Below are positions 1 through 11,300 of a stretch of 64,000 nt of DNA, in pieces (position 1 is the stretch's first letter; every line of letters begins with the position of its first letter). Source of the DNA: Camelus dromedarius (taxonomy: Eukaryota); NCBI RefSeq assembly GCF_036321535.1, contig NC_087436.1, positions 72,046,001 through 72,110,000 on the forward strand. The letters are read 5' to 3'. A program made the translations under genes and the position numbers. The notes beneath the pieces are model-generated. The model did no database searches. It was not told the origin of the DNA and saw only the letters and a program-made list of their open reading frames with translations.

Positions 1-591
1 TCTTGTGAGCATTCATGAATAAAATGAAGTTTGTTCTGAATTATCTTAATTAATTACCATGCTAATGTATTATGTGTTGAAACCAAACATCTTCAAATCA
101 AAACAGAACACAGTTAAAAAAATATGATTTCACTATTCCTGCATTCTGTTAGCTGAGAAGTCAAACTCAGCCCATTAAAGATTTTGTTTCTGTCATCTCA
201 GAGTATCTATTTCCAACATGTATCTATTAAATTTTCCCTTTAAAATATGTATTAACTCTGCAAGGAATTTCAAGCAGGATTTCACATACTAGCCAAGATA
301 TTTGCTGCCAAGGAGCTCCTATACTCATAGGTAAAACAAGATGGGCAAATCTGAGAGTTTCTGAGATTATCAGGAAATTAGAAGGAAGCTGAAATACAGA
401 GATCTAGGAGGCAGGGTGCAGGAAATCAGGGAGCAAAGAGACTGTTCTCTACCTTTTTATGAGAGAGCGGAGCCTCACGTTGCCCTTACACTGGTTGCCC
501 CTAGACTTGAAGGGATGGGGTTCCAATAGCTAGACAAGGGGAAACTGGTGTCTGCTTTTGTTCAGAACCAAACAGACAAATGTTCCTTCAG

Positions 592-724
592 CTACCTCAT
601 CAAACTCACAAAGATAGCCCCCCAGCTGTCCACTGAAGAGCTGACCTTTCTTGGCAAAGAGATGGTGATAGCATTGACCACCTGCTGCACCCTGAGTGAA
701 GAGTTTGCCTGCGTTGATAATTTG
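592..724 (+). CDS. AFM: Afamin exon 11 (gene begins upstream of the window)
   Basis: ttccttcag|C TAC CTC...AAT TTG|gtgagc; 133 nt; YLIKLTKIAPQLSTEELTFLGKEMVIALTTCCTLSEEFACVDNL matches afamin domain III. Confidence 0.95.
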
Positions 725-1465
725 GTGAGCACGGCCCACATACCTGACTACTCCTAAAAGAAAACAGAAAGGATATCTGCGTTCCCTGATTCATAGTGAT
801 TATCCATCTGCCCTCTCTTCAGTGTTTTCACATTGTTTAGCAAGGAATGTTCAGTTCTCCTTTTTGGCTCACTGTGTTAAAATCCTAAAGAGGTAAAAGG
901 GAACGTCTTAAGTATTTTCTTGGGTTTCTTCAAATCATCTTTCTTACTTCTTGTTTATATTAGAAGTAATCATTAGGGCAAATGACTTGGAGTCACAATG
1001 TTGTTTCAGAATGATAAAACCTTATAAATTTAAGTATGTTACAAATTCTCCCTTTTGCCCACCCTGGGTCAGTAAGAGAATTGCTGCTTCCAGCCCAGCC
1101 AGCTCTTGGGTGAATCTCTTTAGGGATGGGGTGGACAGTACCTGGAGGACCATGTCCCGGGAGGGGAATAAATTTAAGGGCCACAGTGTCCTGCTGCCCC
1201 TTTCAGTTGGCTGTTTGCAGCTCTGTTCTCACAACCACAGATTTGCATGCATGCTAGTAAGGGTTAAGCCATAGGCATTTGTACTGCTGTGGCTTCCATT
1301 TTTGTTACAATGCCATTGAGGACCCCGGCCTCTGCTTTTCTTTGCATGTAGTGCCACATTACGGGTGAGTGGATTTTTCTGACTAAAGTTGATGGTGCTT
1401 TTAGAACGATCTAACTGTTCATTTAACCAGATTTCAAAGCTCCGTTGTAACTTTCATTGGTACAG

Positions 1466-1689
1466 ATGGATTTAGTTCTTGGAGAGTTATGTGGAATAAA
1501 TGAATATCAAAACATCAACCCTGCTGTGGACCACTGTTGTAAAACAAACTTTGCCTTCAGAAGGTCCTGCTTTGAGGGCTTGAAAGCGGATAAAGCCTAC
1601 GTGCCTCCACCTACCTCTCAAGGCTTGTTTACCTTTCACACAGACTTGTGTCAGGCCCATAACGAGGAGCTCCAGAGGAAGAAAGACAG
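1466..1689 (+). CDS. AFM: Afamin exon 12
   Basis: tacag|ATG GAT...GAC AG|gtacc; 224 nt as in albumin-family exon 12; MDLVLGELCG...NPAVDHCCKTNFAFRRSCFE...EELQRKKDR. Confidence 0.95.
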
Positions 1690-2523
1690 GTACCAACATT
1701 CTCTCCTGTCATCTTTTACTTCAGCCTGAAGACACATCGCGGATCAGTGAGAAGGTGTATTGTGAGGGACACGTGATTTTGGTGCCATAATCCTGTTCCT
1801 TCTGTCTAATGGTCTAAGTCTCTTCAATTATATGTTAAAATCTAGCTAGTCTTTTCCTTTACTTGAGACTTGGAATGTCCACGAGACTGTAATTTGGAGA
1901 GGCGAGTTAGGGCAGCTCCAGAAAGGCCTATGGTCGGTTCATACTGGATCAGATTTCCTTGAAAGAGTGTCACAGATGATTGTTTTGAGAATCTCTCTCA
2001 ACGTTTGAAGGTATGAGAGGCCCCCAAAGGACAGGAATTTTGCTTTTGTTTTCTCAGGCAATGCTTTAAATGCCAAGGAATCAGATCTTTTTTCTTTCTT
2101 TCTTCCTTTCTTTTTTTTTTTTTTCTTAAATTTAAGCAGTGTCTATACAAGTGGACTGGAAACAGTATTTGTTTACTGAAGAAGGGGAAATGGAGGTTGT
2201 TTTGGGAGTCAATTATCTAGAAAGATCAAATGTAGTCACATATTCTACACTACTGTGCAAAATGAAGACTCACTATATGTTAAATTTTTTAATACAATTT
2301 TATCCATGCTTACAAAATCCTCAAAAAGAATGTCCCCATGGAATCCATCCCATAAGTTTAACCAAATTCAGGAAATCCTTTCAAACATGGAATATTTTAA
2401 CTTTAGACATTCACCCAAAAGGAGATTCCTAAGACATGTGATTCTATATAGCCAGCCTTTTGGAGAAGGAGGACTTTAGAAAGAAATCATGAATTAATTC
2501 TATTTGACATTGTTGGGTCACAG

Positions 2524-2656
2524 GTTTCTGGTCAACTTAGTGAAATGGAAGCCTGAACTTACAGAGGACAAGCTGCGGTCACTGCTGACCGATTTCACTA
2601 AGGTGGTGGCCACGTGCTGCAAGGCCGAGGGCCCCGCAGCCTGCTTCAGTGAAGAG
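2524..2656 (+). CDS. AFM: Afamin exon 13
   Basis: cacag|G TTT CTG...GAA GAG|gtacgt; 133 nt; FLVNLVKWKPELTEDKLRSLLTDFTKVVATCCKAEGPAACFSEE. Confidence 0.95.
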
Positions 2657-2818
2657 GTACGTCTAGTTCTTTCCCCCCGAGATTCCACTGGCATTGCTGG
2701 GCACACAGAAGGAAGCAGAACTCCCCGTAGGACACTGCTTCCTCCCAGCCCCATCTGCCGGGCTGGGGAGGTTCCAGAGCACAGTCACCGCACAATCACA
2801 GGCAGACATCTCTCTGAC

Positions 2819-2840
2819 GGGGGGGGGGGGGGGGGGGGGG
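2819..2840. repeat. Poly-G run (G22)
   Basis: Direct read. Confidence 0.95.
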
Positions 2841-3380
2841 CCTGGTTCCCTGGCGGCAGCATGGTCAAGGAAAAGATGTCAGGAAAACACGGGTTCTTAT
2901 GCCGGCGGTCTTGGTCATGTAACTTAATCTGAACTGCAGTCCATCATCTGTAAATGAGGATGGAAAGAATTATCCTTGAATATTACCACTCATTTTTTAA
3001 AATATGTAGTTCAACTGACCTATCATATCAGCTCCAAAGGGAGGGAGCAGGAAGGACATTGGGGTGGCTGCGTCACCTCCCCTGGCTTTGTCCCAACATC
3101 CCTCAGTAGAGAATGCCTGTGTGTGAAGTGAGGAGGTGTGAGGGGAGGGTGGCAGAGGAGAAGCAAAGAGACATGTTCCTTGACGGGTCTCACTCGGGTG
3201 ATGGGGTCCGCCGGCTCGCTCCCGGATCCTCCAGCGCCTGTGAGTGTCAGCCCCGGAGACGGCTCCTTGGAAGGGTCTTTCTCACTCTTTCTTTCTTAGC
3301 CACACCCACTCCCCTCCAGACTCACGATTGGTGCACACACGTCTTTATTCACATTCACATGCTTCGTGCACACTCACAGG

Positions 3381-3402
3381 CACACACACACACAGACACA
3401 CA

Positions 3403-3437
<35 letters not shown>
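3381..3437. repeat. (CA)n microsatellite, interrupted
   Basis: Direct read. Confidence 0.95.
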
Positions 3438-3439
<2 letters not shown>

Positions 3440-3828
3440 CATTCATTCTGGTTGAGAGCCCTCTGCTTTTCCCAGTGAGTGTTTAGTCTGTGGGAATTTT
3501 TTTTTTTTTTTTTGGTCCCAATTATCAGTTTTTTTTTAAATCGTGCTTAATTTAATTAAAGGGTATTAATCAATATCTAGCATTTACCTGCGTGAGTGTG
3601 TGCATTGAGACTGTGGAGAGGGAGGGGCGGATTCACTGGCAGTTTGTAAAAGCCTGGGTGTATCTGTTCCCAAGTTTGCTTGAAGTGTTCACTGTCTCTT
3701 CTATAACGTGGGAGTGGTTTAACTTCCCAAAGCTCGAGACTACATGCTTCTCTAAATTTAGATAGTAATGTCTTAAATTTTTCTTCCTGTGTGTTTTTAT
3801 TTCTTTCCTTTTTTTTTTTCCTTTCAAG

Positions 3829-3864
3829 GGTCCAAAATTGGCAGCCAAAAGCCAGGCTGCTTGA
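3829..3864 (+). CDS. AFM: Afamin exon 14 coding part (GPKLAAKSQAA*); exon runs to the donor at 3890
   Basis: Long pyrimidine tract + caag|GGT CCA AAA TTG...GCT TGA; donor cag|gtaaca at 3890/3891. Confidence 0.9.
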   Translation, partial: GPKLAAKSQAA

Positions 3865-4600
3865 AAAACATCAAGTAAAACCCACCACAGGTAACACCCT
3901 CTATCTTCATCAGTTGATGAAGGTATTGCCATCTTATCTGGTCACCCGGCTTTTCCCCTCTCAGGCTTCCATGTCTGTCTCTGGTTCCTCCCACATACCT
4001 TGTACCTAACAGACCCCAGTACTGGTCCTGTGATGTTTCTCTGGGTCTCAGTTACTCCTAATGGGGTGGTGCTGCTGCATTTGTGTCAGCGTTTCCCTTA
4101 CTATTCCAGCAGTTTCTCAGTAGCCAAAGGCTCTCACTCCACCTTTCTGCTGTTGCGCTCAGGTGTCTGGACCAGAAAGGAGAGGAAGTTGAATCTCTGA
4201 ATGTTGACAGGGAAGAGCAGGAGTTTGGGATGGGCAGACAGGCCTCAGTAAATCTGTGCTAAGAGTCTTGCTGCAGCATTTACATCAATGAAGAGTGATA
4301 TGTTTGTGATTCAAAAAGATATATTAAAAAAAAGAAAAAAGATATACATGGGATGCCTTCTCCCCTGCAGTTTATGTAAGATTCATTTACAAACTTTGGG
4401 AGCAAAACATTGTATAGATATAGCAATGACGTTCAATGTTGTGGAAGAGAGACCTGGACCCCCACAGAGAGGAGGTTTGGATCTACAAAAGGCAGAACAT
4501 AGTTAGCACGGACAGTTGTTTATATACATGACTTCCCATCATCCAAGTTATAGCATGTCATATTCTTCTGCTGCACGACATACTATTTTTCTCTTCCCAG

Positions 4601-4760
4601 GTTGTGGAGAAAAGGAAGAAAGACCAACCTGCCTGTTTCCTAGCTGTCCTGTGGTGAATTACATTTTCTGAGAAGAGCACAGTGGAAGGATTCTTCTGGA
4701 ACCTTTACCTGAAATCATGTTATTGCAGCAAGCAATAAACTACAACATTATAAAGTTATT
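4601..4760 (+). other. AFM: Afamin non-coding exon 15 (3' UTR); end approximate
   Basis: Acceptor tttttctcttcccag|G at 4600/4601; AATAAA at 4734-4739; albumin-family genes have an untranslated exon 15. Confidence 0.8.
4734..4739 (+). terminator. AFM: AFM polyadenylation signal
   Basis: AATAAA about 135 nt into the terminal exon. Confidence 0.75.
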
Positions 4761-5009
4761 TCTCAAAGACTGATTGTCATATGTCAACTTGATATCAAAA
4801 TTAAACAGTCAAGGGTCATTCACTCCATCAGCACCTTTGGCTCACGGGCTAGGTCTACTCTGCTACCTTTTGGAAGACAGAACTCTGAAATAGCAGTTGT
4901 GTGGGCAGACTCCTCCCAGATTCTCTTCTTGCTGCTTCTGGGAAGGAAATGGGAGTTGATGGCACGAGACATGTCCTCTACTTTTACTGCTCTTACTAGC
5001 TGGCACTGA

Positions 5010-5220
5010 ATGTTTTCAGTGTACCAAACATTGTCCCAGGTATTATCTCATTGAATCCTAACAACTCTGTGAAGTCAACATCATTTTTATTTCCACTTTA
5101 CAAATAGGGAATCAGGCTGGGGGAAATAAACTAATCTGTTCAATGTCATACAACTAGTAATTGGTAGAACCGAAGTTTGAATTTGAGTCCTCTAATCCCA
5201 GAAGGATATTCTTAGCCAGT
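5010..5220 (-). mobile_element. MIR SINE fragment
   Basis: attatctcattgaatcctaacaactctgtgaag...atttccactttacaaatagggaa...caatgtcatacaactagtaa resembles the MIR core. Confidence 0.7.
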
Positions 5221-5589
5221 GTATACACAACCTCTTAGGGAGGGCCGTGATGTGTGCGTTATGTAATCCATTATTCAGAGAGAGGGAAAAGTGCCCGAGG
5301 CATCAGTGGCCACTCTTTTCTTTCTCCATTTCACAACACAGTGGCTGTTATGCCGGGGCTGTGAGTGCTTGGTGGTGACATCTAAGGAGAGGGAGGGTTA
5401 AGATGTGGGAAGCCAGGACATGAAGCTTGGTCTTCGGCTTGTAGCCTGATCATCCTGACCCTTCTTCAGACCTTTAAGGTTTTTAGTACTTCAACGTCTG
5501 AAATTGAAGATGATGATGGTCTGATAGATAATATATGAAAATATTCAGAGTTCTTTTGGTTTAATATTTAGAGCATAGCCTTTGGGATT

Positions 5590-5700
5590 CTCATTCATTT
5601 ATTCAACAAATATTTATTAGATTCCTACTGTGTGTCAGACATTGCAGATACTGATGTGAGCCAACTAGACATGGTTCTTGTGTCCCACGGGCAGAGAAGA
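5590..5700. mobile_element. L2 3'-end fragment
   Basis: cattcatttattcaacaaatatttattagattcctactgtgtgtcag. Confidence 0.6.
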
Positions 5701-8205
5701 AGCAATCACATGGGTGCAGGATGGAAAAAGACCCCTACTCTGGGTGCACGTGGCACCGGCACTCAATCTAAGCTCAAGATGCTGGGTGGGGGCTTCATAT
5801 TCCCACTGCCATTAACCTACTGAATGGCCTCAGACACAAGTTCCCTACAATCTAAGACCCCCTTTTCTTGGTGTAGGTTGGGAGAATAGTCTCCATCTCA
5901 TAAAGACTTTAAAGAATGTATTAAATTAGTGTGTAAAGTACCCAATACAAAGGTCAGCAGGTAATAGGAGTTTAATTCATGAAGCTATTTTACCCTTTTA
6001 CCATTTTCCTAAACACTCCCTTTTATTAATGAGGGTAACAGGGAAGAAACTTATACTTAAGTAAAGGATAATAAGTTGAGTAAAGAGAAAGAAAACAGAG
6101 CACTGTTAGCTAATTGAGTTTGGTACCTGCAAGTGGATTGTTCTGTGTCCAATGCTGTGCTCAGAGCAGTGGACATGAAACCAGAGACCCGGGAACCTGC
6201 GGCCACCATGATCTCTGTTATCACAGAGGAAACGGCCATATGGCTCTTTCTGCTGACGAGCCAGAGAACACACTGAGAAAAAGCAGGTAACCAGTGTGAA
6301 GTGAGGAAAGGAGGAAGAGGGATGGTTTATTCAAAAGTCAGATTTTGCCTGGTATTCCACTGCACTGAGAGGATTGTGAACAAGGGCAAGTCCCACTTAC
6401 TCTGTGTCACTCAGAACTCATACTAACAAATAGAACATATCTGACTCACTTGATGCAGGAAGAATTTTCTAGTAGCAGGGATATTTGTAAATGGTCTATA
6501 ATGAGTGCCAAGACGTTACATGCGTGAGCAGTCGCCACAGGTTTTTGATGGGATCCAGGCAATCAGTCTTGGTCTTTCTAAGGGTCCTTCAAACTCCGTT
6601 TCTATGACTTGGACAATAATTAGGTTTGCTGTGATAACAGTATTTTTAAAAAGTCATCATTGTTTCTCGGACTTGTATGCCATACGTTTTTGATCTTAAA
6701 GGTCAGCATACTCTCGTAGAGAACAAATTCTGTGCTGTCTTTTGAATTCTATCACAAAAACCATTCCCTTGCCTTTGCTTAAAAAAATCCTATGACTTGT
6801 CTTTCTTCTGGTCTGAAATTCCACCCTTAATCGTTAATAGAGGACTTAACATCTTCTTATGTTTTTGAGAATCTCTTACTCTGAGAGAAGAGTTTCCATG
6901 AGAAGTTAATTTTGTCTGACTTTTTAAAAAGAGGAATTAGTTTAGCACACATATAACAGGTTTTTTTTTTTCTCCTTAAGTGCAAGCTCCAATCAGTTAA
7001 TAGTGGCTGTCCTGTGGCATTGTGCTGTGAATGATTCTAAGGCTGAGTCTAGGTTCAGAGAGAAAGAGTGCAGTGATCAATTAGTAATGTCTGCAGTGGG
7101 TGACAGTCTGACAGCATTCACCCAAAGGATTTGCCATCCCTAGAGAAATAGGTCCATTTCTGATAGTTCCAGGAGGCTTAGAGTAAAATCTCAAGGGGAC
7201 AGCTCTAAGGATGCAGGATAGGAAGATATGCTGAGAATTAGGACCATTTAGAGGACCCTGAAAATCATGATGAAAACCTGCCAAAGATGGCCTTCCCTTT
7301 ACTGAGCCTGCCTTTCTATCACACAGGGCCATCTATATTCTTTACCATAAGCCAACGTGTCCCAAATCTAAATAATAACAGATTTGTTGTTGTTGTCTTT
7401 AGGCAAATATATCTTTGCCCAGGAAACCAGAAATGAGACTTTGTGGGGAGCAGAATCAAGCAATAGACTATCAGCCTTAAAGATGATCTGGTCCAAACCC
7501 TCCCTCTGTAAATGAGAAAGCTGAGGACAGGGACAATTAAAGTAGTAACCAGTGGTCTCCTGTTTCCAAAACTTTTGGACTTTATGTTTATCTTAAACTT
7601 TTTGTTCAATTAGTAATCACCTGTTTCTTGCCCTAGACCCAAGAAGTGGATGACAGGCGAAGTGGAAAATAGCTGAGGAATGTTGGGACCTTAGCTTTCA
7701 ATACTAGCTCTTGGGTGGTGTAGGTTTTGACATTAGACAGAGTTGAATTTTTACCTGTGAGTCTGTGAGCAAATTATATGACCCTGAGTCTTCATTTCTT
7801 ATTCAACAAATAAGAATATTTCTATCTAACTATAGTCATATAAATTAGGTCGTGTTCCCTTGAGTTTGTTCCCCACTCTCTCCAGGGACTTGAAAATGTG
7901 CCCAGCACTGGAATGGGGCCCTTAACCATTGATTTGAATCTCGGATAGTCATGTTTACATGATCTTCTGCAATTTTAGAACTTTGTACATGTCAACAGGC
8001 ATTTCTAGGAAGTGAGACGTTTACCAAAAAGTGTTTATCGATTACTGTATTACAAGATCAACATGATGCAATCTTGAAAAGACAAGTAGATTGACATGAC
8101 TCAATCCAGTATTCGTTAATGAATGCCATCTATCAAAAATATTTCTTCATTTTCATGAATTTCTTTAATTTTTGGAGGGTCATAGTGGCCTGGAAAAAGT
8201 ATTCA

Positions 8206-8254
8206 CCAATAAAAGGTTAATTATTAATAGTAATTCATTGGAAAGAATATAAAA
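8206..8254 (+). promoter_or_regulatory. Liver-type proximal promoter of the ARG gene: CCAAT, HNF1 site, TATA
   Basis: CCAAT 8206-8210; GTTAATTATTAAT 8216-8228 (12/13 match to HNF1 consensus GTTAATNATTAAC); TATAAAA 8248-8254; same layout as the ALB and AFP promoters. Confidence 0.85.
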
Positions 8255-8308
8255 AGATTCTTTAATTCTCTCAAATGATAGAACACTTTCTATAAACGTT
8301 CATCTGAA

Positions 8309-8396
8309 ATGATGAAGACTGTTAGATCCATCTCTCTTCTTGTTTTCTTCAGCTACATTAACTGTCAGACTCTTCAGAGAAGTTTGCTAGATGCAG
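8309..8396 (+). CDS. Albfm1: ARG exon 1 (signal peptide)
   Basis: [29 protein letters not shown] aligns with AFP [23 protein letters not shown]; donor G|gtaggg, phase 1. Confidence 0.88.
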
Positions 8397-11300
8397 GTAG
8401 GGAAACTTATTTATAACCTATACCTTCCATGTGCTAATAAATGAGGCATGTTGACTACTAACATGTATATGGAAAAGCATATGTTTCTCAGTGCTCATCA
8501 CTGTCCAATAGTCATTGAAAATCGCTAGAAATTAACTTAGTGGATACGGAAAGAAAACTAATATACTGAGGCAACACACACACAAGAAGGTCTCATTTTT
8601 GCCTTACTTCCACTCTAGGTGAGAGAATGATACATTTCAACTTGTCTTTAAAATTGGACAAATTATTTTACAATGTGCTTATAGTAGCAAGAATAATACT
8701 ATGAGCTACATTATTCAGTACCTATTATGTGCCAGGCACTGCACTCAATGCTTCACACATAATTTAAATTAAATTTTCATTTAATCCTAACAACCACCCA
8801 AAGTAGTAGAACTTATTTACATTTCATAGCCAGAGAGACAGAGACTCTTGAGTGCTTAAGTTAATTTTCCAAGACCATATTAAGTATCACAGCTAGCTAT
8901 TGAACTCAGAAGAGCTGTCTCCAAAGCCTTTTCCTGTTAACATAGCAAATAATAATGGTTTCTTTATTCAATAGATAGCTCTAAGTTCTCTAGAAGCGAT
9001 TGGTATAAGAGAGAAGCCACTTCTTTCAATAGAGAACATGCGTATGTGTATGTGATGAGTTGAGGTGACGAAGATGAAGATGATGAGTGAATCCAAGATG
9101 TATGAGATGCCATCTTTCCCAAATTAAGCCTGACAAGGTGTTAATGCTTATACTTCTGTTCTTAATACTATACTTTAATTTTCTTAGTATTCTTCGGGTG
9201 TGCTAGTAACTCCTAAAGTAAAGAGCTAGATAACCAAAAAGCCAAGTTTAATTAATTCAGAAGTGTCAGTACAGGTACGTGCAACTTATTTGTAGGCCAA
9301 TGATAGATTTCAACTATATCATGTATTTGAATAGAAATAAATTATTCACAGAACACAGTTTAAATACAAGGAAAGAAAATTCTTGTAATTTGTTCTGACT
9401 TATGATGTAAACAAAAACAGATCTGGAAATTTATGAGTGAATAAATATAGATTTGAATTATAAGAGGATTTCGGTTTGGAAAATTTCATCTTTTGCCAAA
9501 AAAAAAAAAAAAACCCAACTCTTTTTTTTTTCCAGCCATGCAGCACACTAATAACCAGGATTATCTAGAGAAGAACTTAAGAGATGTGTGAGTTTTATTA
9601 TCAATATTCTTTGGTATGAAATTTAAAATCATGTTAGTTTTGGGGGGCAGGGAGTAGGGCAATGATATAACAGGATTGGTGGAGGAAACGAGTTTGATTC
9701 TATCTTCAGCATTCACACCAGTGTTCTGTTACAGCACTAGTATTATGGTCACACAGTTTCTCCAGAAATTGACTTATGAAGAAGTACAAACGAGTGTTAA
9801 AGAGCTGCTAGACCTTGCAGAGAAGTGCAAGAGCCTCCAGCCACATGAATCACCTTCAGAATGTTGTCACCAACTGGTAGGTGAATTATGGTCTGCCCTT
9901 TTCTCTCTATTTTTTTAAAAACTAAATTGCAAATAAAAGATGTTGTTAGGAGGGGGCATGATAGGATAATTAAGCAAGGGATTTTAAGGCAACAATATGT
10001 ACTTGAGACACCCTCAAGATATAATCTTTGTTGGTTTATAAACCTACAGTTTTTCAGTTCATACCTGGGAGATAAGACTGAGAACCAAACACTCAAAAGA
10101 ATGAATTATACCCTGGAATGCTCATTTGTTAATTTAGGGTGGTTACTCTGCTGCTGTCACTAGAATATGCTTGTCTGAGAGCTTCAAATCATGATTCCTG
10201 GGAAACTGAAGTACTCATTTTGAAAAGTTTCTAAGAGAATAAGAAAAAGAAGAAAAAAGTGAATATTATTATAGACTCTTTTCCACTTAGTAGAAAATCT
10301 TGAAAATTACTATTATCTCTTAGAAAGTATGTCTCTCTTGTGATTAAAGAATTCTTGATAAACACTAACATATTCTTACAACCTGTACATTTTTGATCAA
10401 TCATTCTCCTGTGAACAGTTTAAAATAGAAATGAATAGTTTTCTTCTTTATTTACATATTTTTTTCACTCCATCTTCTTGTACTAACACCTACTTTTTTT
10501 AATCTAGACTCTAAGTAGTCATAGAAAAATCATTGGTTTTATTAGAGATACACTTTAAATGAAGCACTTCTGTCAGTGGCCAGCCCCACTTATTTTATAG
10601 TGGTTTCTCCTTATTTTCACTTCAAAAGATGACCTTTTCCTGCCCTTATCCCCCAAATCTGGAAACATATGTCATTTGAAGTCTACAGCATCCTACACAT
10701 TTACTGCCTTCCAAAGGTATTTGAAAACTAACTGAATCATTACATTTCCATTTGAATATTTGACACTGAATACACATGCCTCAGAGTTCAATTCTGAAAA
10801 TAAGTTTCTATGGAAACCAAACTAAAAACAATGAAGAAGCAAGGAAAGCAAGCTATCATCTATTTCTTGGTAAATGATTCTTATTAAAAATACTTTGATT
10901 TCTTTGGGCCCTGGATATTTTGGCTTATGTTTATTTTGATAGCTCTCAGCCATATGAAAATGAAGCACTTATATAGGTAGAGAGAGAAGGATAAATCCTA
11001 TTTGGCCAATGTCCAGCATGTTGGAATTTAGACTTAACAACCTAAAAGGCTTTTGTTCAAAAGAGCTATGTCCAGGGCCTGTTGGATACAGAGTGTAAGA
11101 TTATGCACTCAATTGCCTTTTCTTTGTAGTAATTCCTTAACTTTCCTGTGGTTAGGAATGTAGACCACACATGCTTCCCTTTAAGTTAGTATTTTCTCCT
11201 ACAGATGACCACCTTCCTAGAGCATATTTGCAATAACCAAGGAATAGCTGACAAACATGTATTTTCTGACTGTTGCAATACAAATAACACGGCAAGACAC

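Noticed and set aside
3113..3486. Thr-His repeat ORFs
   Set aside because: Artefact of the (CA)n microsatellite.
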